From the NCBI RefSeq assembly GCF_001194135.2, contig NC_068988.1, positions 73,695,849 to 73,759,848 on the forward strand: DNA of 64,000 bases, written 5' to 3'. The translations under genes were made by a program, and so were the position numbers. Below are positions 10,965-22,300 of this stretch, in pieces. Below the pieces are notes generated by a model. It did no database searches. It was not told where the DNA came from and saw only the letters and a program-made list of their open reading frames with translations. Every line of letters begins with the position of its first letter. The stretch's first letter is position 1. This stretch comes from Octopus bimaculoides. Taxonomy: Eukaryota.

Positions 10965-12624
10965 AAAGCTGATTATTAATTAGGTATGTAACAATTACTA
11001 AAAGTACTAAAAGAAAGCAATTATTAAAAGGTTGACCATCTTGAATGAAGAAGAGACAATACAGGACATGTGGGGACATATAACATATAAAAGATGAATG
11101 ATATGCAGTTGAAGATGAGCCGACCACCCCCCGGCCCCACTCCGGGATGGTTACGCTTTTACAATTAATTCAAATGTTTCTATAAAATTCCTTTTTTTTC
11201 TTTTACAACGTTCATTGTTTATTCACAGTTCCATTTTTTTCTAATAGTTAATTCTCAATAATTTTACTTACCACTTGATGTCTTTATCTCATCATATTCT
11301 ACCACTGGGGTGCAGGGTTCATTCTCACCAGTGGATTTACATCCGATGGAAATGCTTCTTTTAGTGTCCTATATCTTTCTTCATTTACCAAAATACACTT
11401 CATGTCTTTATTGTAACTTTCTGTTAATTTTACTTTTGTAATACCTTTCATTTTCATTATTTTTCTTTCAATTTTCTGATTAGTGCAATATGTTACAAAG
11501 TATATTTTGTTTCTATATTATGTGCACCTTGTGTGTCTGTATGTCAGTGTGTTTGTGTGTCTGTGTGTCTGTACGTCTGTGTGTTTATTTGGTGATTCCG
11601 TTCTGCTTGTGATGTTTTTTCTTTTTGGTGAACCTATGGGTGTGTTGCTTCTGCTTACTGTTGTTGCCTGTCTTAATGGGTATGTTTCTTCTTGTGTCTT
11701 ATGTTTCTTTTGCTGTAGTTCCTCCGTGGGTAGTGTATTCCTCCTCTCTCTCTTTTTTAATGTCTGTAAACTTTGTGTTCTGTTCCATGTCTCGGGTCTT
11801 TCACCCCAATTCCATTTCACATTCCTGTGCTTCCATCTCTGCAACCTCTTTGACTTGTTTGAGACACCTTTTTTTGATATGTCCCCTCTCCACACAAGAA
11901 AAGCAGGTAGGGAGCCTTCCCTCCAATATTACTTCCAATTTCACCCCATTGGACAGCTCTATTGTCTCCGGTATTCCAGCATTGTCTATTTTGTTGACCC
12001 AGAAAAACATCTCCAGCTCGTAACCCCAGCAGTTTATTTGTTGGGTCCAGGTTACCTGGAGGATGCTAATGGTCTCATCTCCCATGTCAAGGACCGCCTC
12101 CATCAGTCACTCAGGCTCAATCCTGCCTATCCTAACCCTGGCAGCACGCTTGCCCAGGTATGTAGGCAGGAGAGTCCACTTGTCCGAATGTAACAGCACA
12201 GCGGAGTACTCCCTTGCCTCCTCTTTGGAGACAAAGATGACCACCACTGTGCCGTACCTTCTACCTCTTGTATGAAAGGTAATAACATCTTTAATATCCT
12301 CTAGGCACTTTTCCACCTTTTCCTGTGTTGCCATATCTATTCTTCTCTTGCTTCTCGAGAATGCTCTGTATATTATCTCTTTCTTTTCCATTTCCTTCAA
12401 TTCTTCTTCTGGCAGGGAGGGAGGCAACTTTATGTTAGACTCCTCTCTCTGTAACCTATCTTGGTGTTTATCAATGAGCTCTTCCTTGAAGTCCACTTCA
12501 TATTGCTTCAGCAAACTTGGGTCCACAGCTTCCTGTCTTCCCATTACTGCAGCATAACTCGTCTCCATTTGAGATACCTTTTTACGTAAAAATCAATTAC
12601 AGACACAAGCCAACCAATACAGAT
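10965..12624 (-). mobile_element. L1/Tx1-type ORF1 (gag-like, CCHC knuckle) element with no ORF2
   Basis: Frameshifted ORFs 12107-12568, 11801-12103 (CFSCVERGHIKKRC = CX2CX4HX4C) and 11518-11895. The segment is absent from the paralog at 53650-53700. Confidence 0.72.
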
Positions 12625-12937
12625 GTCCAATGGGTTTCATAATTTAGTTTACATGTGATGTATTAGTGTTGAATTTTGATTTGATTTTTCTAATTTTTTT
12701 TTAAGTGACATTCCTATACAAAGATATACTGCCGTCGACTATTTTTTTAATTTTGTGTCTTAAGTATAAGAGGTACCAGATGTAATGTGCAAGAGAGAAA
12801 GCTAAGCTTTCTCTCTTGCACATTACACAAATGGTCTTGCACATATGGTCATATGACTGTGTATGGACGAGGTCAGCAGCATAAAGAAGTGTCAATCTCT
12901 AATTGTGGAAAAGGTAAACCAAGGAAGGCATGGAATC

Positions 12938-13960
12938 ATCATCATTTAAGTCCATTATCCATGCTGGCATGGGTTGGACGGTTTGACCAGGGCTGGTGAG
13001 ATGGAAGGCTGCACCAGACTCCAGTCTGATTTGGCATCATTTTCTATGGCTGGATGCCTTTCCTAATGCCAACCACTCCAAGAGTGTAATGGGTACTTTT
13101 ACATGCCACCAGCACTGGTACCATTTGTGTGACACCAGTATCTGTCACGACTGCAATTTTGCTCAGCTTGATGGGTCTTCTCAAGCATGACATGATGCCA
13201 AAGGTTTCGGTCATTGCCTCAGTGAGGGCCAACACTCGAAAGGAACTCAACCACTTTGCCTCTGTGAGGCCCAACGCTCGAAAGAAACTCAGCCACTTTG
13301 CCTCCATGAAGCCCAATGCTTGAACGGTGCTCTTTACATGCCACCAGCATGGGTGTCAGTTATGTGACACCAACACCAGCCATGACTACAATTTCACTTG
13401 GCTTGACAGGTCTTCTCAAGTACAGCATATCACTAAAGGTCTCAGTCACTAGTCATTGCCTCGGTGAGATTCAAAGTTCGAAGATCATGCTTCATCACTT
13501 CATCCCATGTTTTCCTGGGTCTACCTCTATCACAGATTCCTTCCAAAGTTAGAGATCAGTACTACTTTACATGGCTGTCCTCATTCATATGCATCACATG
13601 ATGATACCAAAACAGTCGTCTCTCTTGCACAACACATCTGATGCCTCTTATGCCTAATTCTTCTCTCAAGATGCTTACACTCTGTCAAACATGCACACAG
13701 ACATTGCACATCCAGCAAAGCATACTGGCTTCATTTTTTTCAAGCGTACACATGTCCTCAGCTGTCACAGCCCATGTTTCACTGCCATGTAGCATGGCTG
13801 TTCTCATACAGGCATCATACAATCTGCCTTTCACTCTGGGAGAGAAGCTTTTGTTGCCAGTAGAGGTAGGAGCTCTCTGAACTTTGCCCAGCCTAATCTT
13901 ATTCTTACAGCTATGCTCTCGGAGCATCCACCTCCAGGATGAGTTGATGAAATATGATCT
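12938..13960 (-). mobile_element. RTE-clade LINE 3' part, (GAT)n tail
   Basis: GRLYDACMRTAMLHGSETW, the 3' UTR motif ggcattaggaaaggcatccagc, and a (GAT)n tail. Confidence 0.88.
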
Positions 13961-14049
13961 TTGGATGTTGAGTCTCACGGAAGCAATAACAAAGCGACTG
14001 AGACTTTTGGTGATTTGCAGTGCTTCAGAAGACATGTCAAGCTGAGTGA

Positions 14050-14232
14050 AATCATAGTTGTAACCAGTGCTGATAAAAGGCACCCAGTACACTCTGTGGA
14101 AGAGTCAGCATTAGGAAGGGCATCCAGCTGTAGAAAGCAGAGTGAAGATGAGTGCAGCCCTTCAGCTGCCAGTTCCAGTCAAAATGTCTAATCCATGCCA
14201 GCATGGAAAACTGATGCTAAATGATGATGATG
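14050..14232 (+). mobile_element. RTE 3' tail fragment
   Basis: ttaggaagggcatccagctgtagaa...ccatgccagcatggaaa...tgatgatgatg. Confidence 0.8.
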
Positions 14233-16344
14233 TAATGTATATAGTGAGTTGCAATGGCCTCTTATGAATGCATGGTCAACCAACAAATTTTACTTATGAC
14301 ATTTACAACTTTCATGTTTACACTGAAATATGTATATTACATTAGCTGTTTGAAATATCTTCTGTGTTACACTAGTTTACAATTTTTATTCAGGCATTTT
14401 TATAATATATTCTAACTATACGTTTGTAGCTAGATGTAGTACATGTTCCATTCTGTTTTTATGAGTTCTTAAATATCAGTCTATAACCAGAGGTGGTTTG
14501 CATATTTTTAGTAAGTGCTGCATAAGTTGGATGGGTTGTGTCATCTGGGTGATGTATTGTAGTCTAGAGAGGTGTGTACTTGACATTGTGTTCCCAGATG
14601 GCTAATTTCCACAATACCTTTATTAAATTTATTTTTGGTTGATATGTGACAATTTATGAATATTTGTCAGTTGTCTCATTTAATCAATTATTTAGACTTA
14701 TGAAGTCAGTTTATATTTCTGTAACATTCGTGTAACAGAATTATGCAAGAGAATTATACATTTCAAATTGTCTCATTGTATAAACAATAGTTGTATTTAC
14801 TAATATATATAAAGGAAATTTGTACAATTAATGTGTGTACTGCAATGTGATTTGAATTACTGAAGCTTACCAGTTTTGCTTTGATCTCATTTGAAAATGA
14901 ATATATGAACTGTTTTCTCCACATGAAATGTGTTGGTTTATTTTGTTGATTAGTTATCAGCAAACGCTGATATTTAAGGAGCAGTTCTTGCAGTTGGATA
15001 GATATGGTATATTTAAGTGAATAAATTACTCAGAGACCACCCACATAAAAAGCAATTGCCAAATTATTGTTAACAATTGAAAGCAGCATGGATTAAAAAC
15101 ATAATACAAAATTATCATGCAGTGAAGCAAGTTTAATCATTCGATGATTATATTAATTATTCCAGGAAAAAAGGGAGACAATTATAAATGCTTCAATCTT
15201 TTAAAACCTTTACAGTGCAGTAGCCTTCATTGCACTGCCAAAATAGTGATGAAATTAACAACATAGACATGCTTTAGTCTTATTAGAACTCCTAAGTGAA
15301 GTACAGATTGATTAAGTCTAATGAGATTGGCACATGTTCATCACTGCCTTCCATATTTGCTAGAATAATTTAAATAATATTAGTTATTCACTAATATTGT
15401 CATTTCCTAAACTCTTAAATTCCTGTAGTGTTTTCTCTATATAAATCTCCTAATCTTGTTTGGAACTAGATTTTGATGAAATGCAGCTAATCCAGAGTTG
15501 AATTTGTATTCCAGCAGTCCTGTAACTTGGAAGCTGCATAACTAAAATCCGAAAAAGTATTCTTCTGAGATATATCTTTGCCTTCTCCATTGCAACGACT
15601 GTGGTATTGTCCTGTTGACATGCATCCTTTGTGGTCTCATAATTCAAACTGATAAAAATCTCTTCAGAAAAAAGAAAATACTCAACGAGATTTGCTTCTG
15701 AGTTTAAATATTTTGAAGGATTCATCAATACAATGATCAGTCTACTTCTGCTCCAATTAACCTGGATATAAATTCCAGTCACATCACTTATATGTAACAG
15801 ACAATACTGAAAGATCACTCTGATTATTTTTTTCAAGCACAAATTATTTTCCATAAATAAATCATTAATAAGTAATGACATTATTAAATAATATCACCAA
15901 ATTCTATCTCATCACTTAAGGTACTGATGTGTAAAAACTGAGCAAAGCAAATCTGAAGAAATTCACAAAAAATAAACACATGTGTAAGTCTTTTGACAGG
16001 AAGTTTTTTTCTCAAATGAGGTTAAGCTTTGTTTCTCATACAGAAGAGTGGTCAGTTCCATGGGCCCAAAATGATTTCTTGAGATGCAGTTACATATTGT
16101 TCAAAACTTGATGACAGCTGTAGTTACTTCAATAAGATAACACTAAAGGCCAGGGTTGTTTATAATGCAAAGAGTTTAGATGATACATTATGTCACCTTG
16201 TGTGTTTATATGCATGTACCTTAAGATACTGTGGGCAACAAAGCCAATTCTTCTGATGCTATGTGAAAGAGAGTTTATGCAGTTTAGTTAGGGTGAGAGG
16301 GTGGAATTAGTATATAATGTATGGAAAGTTGGACGTTTATTGAT

Positions 16345-16513
16345 GTTCAAGAACTCAGTCCACTCGGTAAGGTGGTTGGTGTTAGGAAGGGCATCCAACA
16401 ATAAAAACCCTGCCAAAAGACAGTGAAGCCTGGTTCAGTCTTCTGCCTAGCCAGTACCTGTCAAATCATCCCACCCATGCCAGCATAGAAAACGGACATT
16501 AAATAATGATGAA

Positions 16514-16541
<28 letters not shown>
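16345..16541 (+). mobile_element. RTE 3' tail fragment with (GAT)n
   Basis: ggttggtgttaggaagggcatcc...gccagcatagaaaacggacattaa followed by (GAT)n. Confidence 0.82.
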
Positions 16542-16544
<3 letters not shown>

Positions 16545-16841
16545 CTTATTCTAAATACTCACAATTTTAATAGATATTATGGTCTAATGACTTCAATGTG
16601 TTAAATAAAGTCTACCTATGAATATGCATATAGTTCTTAATAATTTATGCATTTAGTTTTATTTTGTGACTCAATATGTCTTGTTTTATGAGTGTGAAAT
16701 TTGTTATTTGATAGGTTTTATTTACTAGTGGTTATTTTATTTATTATATAAGGTCGATAAAAGAGTGGTATAACACAGTAATGTAAGAATGCTGGAAAAT
16801 TTTAGTATAACATTTAATTAGTTCTTGTGGAACCAAAATTC

Positions 16842-17770
16842 TTACCTCCACCTTAGCAAAGGCAGAGGTATTGTTTTCAGTCATGTTTGTTTGGTTGTTT
16901 GGCCATGGACAAGATATCTCAAGAACCACTGGATGGATTCAGATGAAACTTTCAGGGATGTTTGGCCTCGTGACTGGTACAAACTGATTAGATTTTGAGA
17001 TTGATCCAGTACTGGACAAGGATTCTGGATTATTTGTTATATTTACTTTACATGATTACGATCTTAAGCTGACTTTCAAGTCTTTCTCAATTATTTAAGC
17101 TGTTTCCAAAGTTTTATTTTTGTTTTTCTATTATTAATTTTACTTGCGTCGCTATCTTAGTAGAAACTGGTGGATAAAGAAATCAAACTACATAAACAAC
17201 GGCAGCAAGACCATTCAGAAATTAATAACACTAACATATTTTTATAATATATATATATATATATTATACATACATATTAACACTTTACAGTATATTCACA
17301 TATATACATGCATCTATACATTGATCTAAAACAACAAGAATACTAAAGGAAGGCCAGAACTTAAGAGAAGAGAAAACCAAAAGGTCTCATGCAATTCGTT
17401 TTAAAATTCCTGAGTAGAACTTATTATTATTACGTGCGCCTTTGAAACTATTTTGAATGGTAAATTTAACTTTGGCTTCTATTAGATAAGGATAAACTAT
17501 TTATTACTGTTACTAAATTTTCTACAGCCACCTTCACATTCCATGACTACCATTGGGATCAATCAGGTACTGGACAAGGATTCTGGATTATTTTTCTGTT
17601 TTTTTTTTACTTAATTTTTGAGAGCAGTTGGGCTCGTTTTTAGTATTCTTGTTTGTGAGAGCAGTTGAGTTTGTTTCAGATATTCTCATTAAAAATCACC
17701 TCTGGCTAATCGATGAGAGGACGTTGGTGTTGCTTTGGCAGAGGTTTGCATTCTCTGAGTGCTCTTGTTT
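16842..17770 (+). mobile_element. DINE-1/HINE-like (Helentron-associated) non-autonomous element with ~500-bp interruption
   Basis: 5' ttacctccacc...ggcagaggta self-inverted motif. The 3' ggcagaggt is followed by the hairpin gcattctctgagtgc. gtactggacaaggattctggattattt is duplicated at ~17010 and ~17566. Confidence 0.6.
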
Positions 17771-18126
17771 TTAATGTAATGTGAGAGAGTGTGTTTGCAT
17801 TGTCAGCATAGAATTGTCTGTTGATCCAAGATATTGAGTATATAGAGATTGAAAAGAATAGTAGATAAAAAAGATCTTTGAGATGCCATTTAGGAACTGT
17901 TGGATCTAGGATGTTATGTTGCTAAATGACTCTCTTAACAACCAGACAGATGAATAGAATAAATGAGTGCTACACAGAAATTAAGTAAACACAATAGTTT
18001 AACAATAATATTTTATGTATTAGATACAGCAAAACAAATATAAAATCATAATTAGAATATAACAGAAAACAAATTTCTTCACTATAAATTATAATTTTAA
18101 CATTAAGTTCATAATTACAAAAATTA

Positions 18127-18178
18127 TCAGTCAGTATTAATCAGTTCTTTCTTCTTCGATGACTGGCCTGAAAGGTAG
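18127..18178 (-). CDS. MPC1: MPC1 terminal coding exon (F)YLSGQSSKKKELINTD*
   Basis: Strong acceptor tttgtttttatttttacag|C sits 861 nt downstream of the previous donor. TT+C gives Phe, and the frame is open to TGA at 18127-18129. MPC1 C-termini are poorly conserved, so support is positional. Confidence 0.78.
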
Positions 18179-19039
18179 CTGTAAAAATAAAAACAAATTA
18201 AATTTTAATTGAAAATATCCCTGCATTTGTTCTTTTCATTAAAATTAGGAATTTTGTTGTTCATGTCGGCAAAAGTTAGTAATCTGTTTAATTTTGATTG
18301 CCTATACAATCAGCTAATAGATTTTAAATATAAATTCTCTTTCCACTAGATGTCTATATTATGAGACTTGTAACTTTTTGATATGTGTGTGTGTTTATAG
18401 GTCTCTCTTAAAACTGAGCCTCTAGTAATCTGTCTAAATTAGGGATTGTTTTTAGCCAATAATACCATATTTGGTATTATAACATAGTCTGCTTCAATGT
18501 GTTTCAATGAAAAGTCTATAAGTTGGTAATAAGATATCATATGCACTAAGCAACATCACTTCTAATTTGCTTCAATAATCTAAAAATTCAGTTTATAATT
18601 AAAGAAATTTTTTATTTGATTGAACTGGACAATTGCAACATAATGTTCTCAGAGTGCCTCATTTACTTTAACAATGAAGTATCAAAATCATATAGAATTG
18701 AGTTTAGGTGTAAAATAGGACTTGACATAGATGATCAAACCAATTCTTAAATGATACTGAGTGCAAACTTTATTAGCAACTATGTGTTACAACAGGGCAC
18801 ATATCTTTGCTTTGCAAATGCTGCTTAGTGGATAATCGATTTCACTCATATTTCAAGATTGAGTATTTACTGCTAAAAATAATTCAGCTGTAATGCGTTA
18901 TCCAGCAATTTGCAAATTTAAATATTCAAAAATGCCTTCTCAACCAAACTAGCATAGAAAATGGATACTGAACAGAAAAAGAAAGTTTATAAATTCAGTT
19001 AAATAAACTAAATTAAATTAAAGAAAAAAAAAAACTTAC

Positions 19040-19172
19040 AAATGATTGACAAATCTTGTTCCCTGGGTCAGCTGTGCAGAAACATTGGTAAAATGACAAG
19101 CAAAGAGAAGAAGATTTCTGGGTTGAACTTTCCAGGCAAATCTCATAAAAAGTAATGAATAAATTGTGAGAG
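19040..19172 (-). CDS. MPC1: MPC1 coding exon, 133 nt ([44 protein letters not shown])
   Basis: Minus strand reads tttttattttcag|CT CTC ACA ... CAT TT|gtaagt. It contains the MPC1 motif FMRFAxKVQPRNxLLFACH. The supplied ORF track shows a different frame here. Confidence 0.96.
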
Positions 19173-19401
19173 CTGAAAATAAAAAGTTGTTTTAAATACA
19201 CAAATGAATATTTCAGTGTATGTTATTGAAAAATCTTACCTAGTGTTATCTGGATAAAATAATTTTAGTAGTGGTTATTATTGCTATTTTTCTAAGTGAT
19301 TTCTCTAACATTCTGACTGTTAATGTCAAGTGTCTTTCAGCAATCAAGAAAGTTTAACCTTTGTTGCTAAGGTGTGCCTTAATTTTTACACTATATTTTG
19401 A

Positions 19402-21371
19402 TTGCAGGAGAAATACCTAGCCAAAGATAAACCTCTGTACCTGGCTTTCGTTGACATGGAGAAAGCTTTTGACAGGGTCCTCCACTCCCTTATCTGGTGA
19501 TCAATGAGGAAACTAGGGATAGATGAATGGTTAGTGAGAGCTGTGCGAGCCATGTACAGGGATGCTGTCAATAAGGTGAGGGTTGGCAATAAGTACAGTG
19601 AAGAATTCCGGGTAGAGGCAGGGGTCCACCAAGGTTCAGTCCTCAGCCCCCTCCTATTTATCATAGTCCTCCAGGCAATAACACAGGAATTCAAGACAGG
19701 ATGCCCCTGGGAGCTCCTCTATGCTGATGACCTTGCCCTAATTGCTGAGTCACTATCAGAACTAGAGGAGAAGTTCCAGGTGTGGAAGCAAGGACTAGAA
19801 TCGAAGGGCCTTAGAGTCAACCTAGCTAGAACCAAAATCTTAATAAGTAGGAAGGTAGACAAAACACAAACTCCTTCAGGTAGATGGCCCTGCTCAATCT
19901 GTAGAAAAGGCGTAGGTAGAAACTCCATAAGATGTACCCAGTGTAAGCTATGGACACATAAGAGGTGCAGCAATATCAAAGGAAGGCTAACTAGCAAGAT
20001 AGTTTTTGTATGTGGCAGATGCTCAGGAGCAATAAACACTGAAAATGTGCAGAAAACAACCTTTGCCACATTCAAGGGAGAAAAACTAGAAGTAGTTGAT
20101 AGCTTCCGTTATCTAGGTGATCAAGTTAGTAGCGGGGGAGGGTGCGCTGAAAGTGTAGTTGCTAGAATAAGAACAGCCTGAGCAAAGTTGAGAGAGCTCT
20201 TACCTCTGCTGGTGACAAAGGGCCTCTCTCTCAGAGTAAAAGGCAGACTGTATGACGCATGTGTACGAACAGCCATGCTACATGGCAGTGAAACATGGGT
20301 TGTGACTGCTGAGGACATGCGTAAACTTGCAAGAAATGAAGTCAGTATGCTCCAATCATCATCATCATCGTTTAACGTCCGCTTTCCATGCTAGCATGGG
20401 TTGGACAATTTGTCTGAGGACTGGTGAACCAGATGGCTACACCAGGCTCCAATCTGATTTGGCAGAGTTTCTACAGCTGGATGCCCTTCCTAACGCCAAT
20501 GGATGTGTAATGTCAGTGTGCATACTCGACAGAGTGTAAGTACCTTGAGAGANNNNNNNNNNNNNNNNNNNNNNNNNNNNNNNNNNNNNNNNNNNNNNNN
20601 NNNNNNNNNNNNNNNNNNNNNNNNNNNNNNNNNNNNNNNNNNNNNNNNNNNNNNNNNNNNNNNNNNNNNNNNNNNNNNNNNNNNNNNNNNNNNNNNNNNN
20701 NNNNNNNNNNNNNNNNNNNNNNNNNNNNNNNNNNNNNNNNNNNNNNNNNNNNNNNNNNNNNNNNNNNNNNNNNNNNNNNNNNNNNNNNNNNNNNNNNNNN
20801 NNNNNNNNNNNNNNNNNNNNNNNNNNNNNNNNNNNNNNNNNNNNNNNNNNNNNNNNNNNNNNNNNNNNNNNNNNNNNNNNNNNNNNNNNNNNNNNNNNNN
20901 NNNNNNNNNNNNNNNNNNNNNNNNNNNNNNNNNNNNNNNNNNNNNNNNNNNNNNNNNNNNNNNNNNNNNNNNNNNNNNNNNNNNNNNNNNNNNNNNNNNN
21001 NNNNNNNNNNNNNNNNNNNNNNNNNNNNNNNNNNNNNNNNNNNNNNNNNNNNNNNNNNNNNNNNNNNNNNNNNNNNNNNNNNNNNNNNAAATAGCACCAT
21101 TTGAGTGTGATCGTTACCAGCGTCACCTTACTGGCACTTGTGCTGGTGGCACATTAGAAAACATTCGAGCGAGGTTGTTGTCAGTGCCGCTGGACTGGCT
21201 CCTGTGCAGGTAGCATGTAAAAGACACCATTTTGAGAATCCAGCTGTAGAAGCTCTGCCAGATCAGATTGGAGCCTGGTGCAGCCATCCAGTTCGCCAGT
21301 CCTCAGTCAAATCGTCCAACCCATGCTAGCATGGAAAGTGGACGTTAAACGATGGTGATGATGATGATGAT
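19402..21371 (+). mobile_element. RTE-clade LINE, 5'-truncated ORF2 to tail, young but with stops
   Basis: FVDMEKAFDRV, GVHQGSVLSPLLF and LLYADDL; stops at ~19498 and 20179; (GAT)n tail; gap 20553-21088. A short inverted RTE tail is inserted at ~20352-20499. Confidence 0.93.
20553..21088. other. Assembly gap; other gaps at 3398-3407, 5666-5914, 22525-23296, 28139-28430 and 29821-29838
   Basis: Runs of N. All but one fall inside repeats, and ORFs containing X runs are artefacts. Confidence 0.99.
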
Positions 21372-21983
21372 AGCTTTCATGGCCAATTTTCAAGTCTTAT
21401 AAGCATTCTATGTAAGAGAATTGTGTTCTCAACAAAAGTGCTTTTATTTATCTAATTGTTTTATGTAGGGTCTTGTGTCAAAACAGCTTCTTGCTGTAAA
21501 CACACAATCAGCTAAAATAAAATGGGGCACTTAGAACCATACAGTTTTGAAACTTCCTTGAACTTGTAAATCACATTCATCATTAGGAGGTTACTCACAG
21601 CTCATAGGTTCCTGAGAAACTTAAGCTGAGAAACTTAAGCTGCATATTTTTTAAATATAGCTAATTGATTAGATGTAATGTGTTGTTTGATAAGCTTCTG
21701 GTTAAGGTGTTCAACTCTCTTATAGCCTAACTGCATTTGGCTCATATAAATATACTTAATGGATGATTTGTTTCTTTTTACTGGCTGTTATCATCATCAT
21801 CATCAAATATCCACCTTCCTTGCTGGCATGGGTAGGTGTCACTAATTTAGAAGTATGTTTATTGACTAGTGTTACATTATTCCATTAATTTTTTTCACTA
21901 TTTTGATGTTTTTAGGAAAATCTAAAGAATTTTTCAAAGTATACATTTTTTAACTGTCATTTTTCATTTGTGTGACATTTACC

Positions 21984-22030
<47 letters not shown>

Positions 22031-22300
22031 ATAATGAAGATGCATTATCAAACTGGGCTTGTCACAGGAAATGGAGAACAATGCATTTAGATCTCAGTAT
22101 ATCTAGCAGGACATCCCCTTCTTTATGCATGTACCTGATGTAACACAAACTACAAAGATTGATGCAACACTATTAGATGCATAAAATCCAACCCATAATG
22201 GATAGTTGCAGGATTGGTCGAAACAATTGTCATACTGAATAAAGACTAGTGCGAAATCTAGCTTCTGTTTACTTCATCAATTACTATTATTTTATATATA

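Noticed and set aside
15470-15630. Minus frame reading KNTFSDFSYAASKL, resembling the prolyl oligopeptidase KxNxFxDF motif
   Set aside because: The frame is bounded by stops with no usable splice sites, and no other POP exons were found. Treated as chance.
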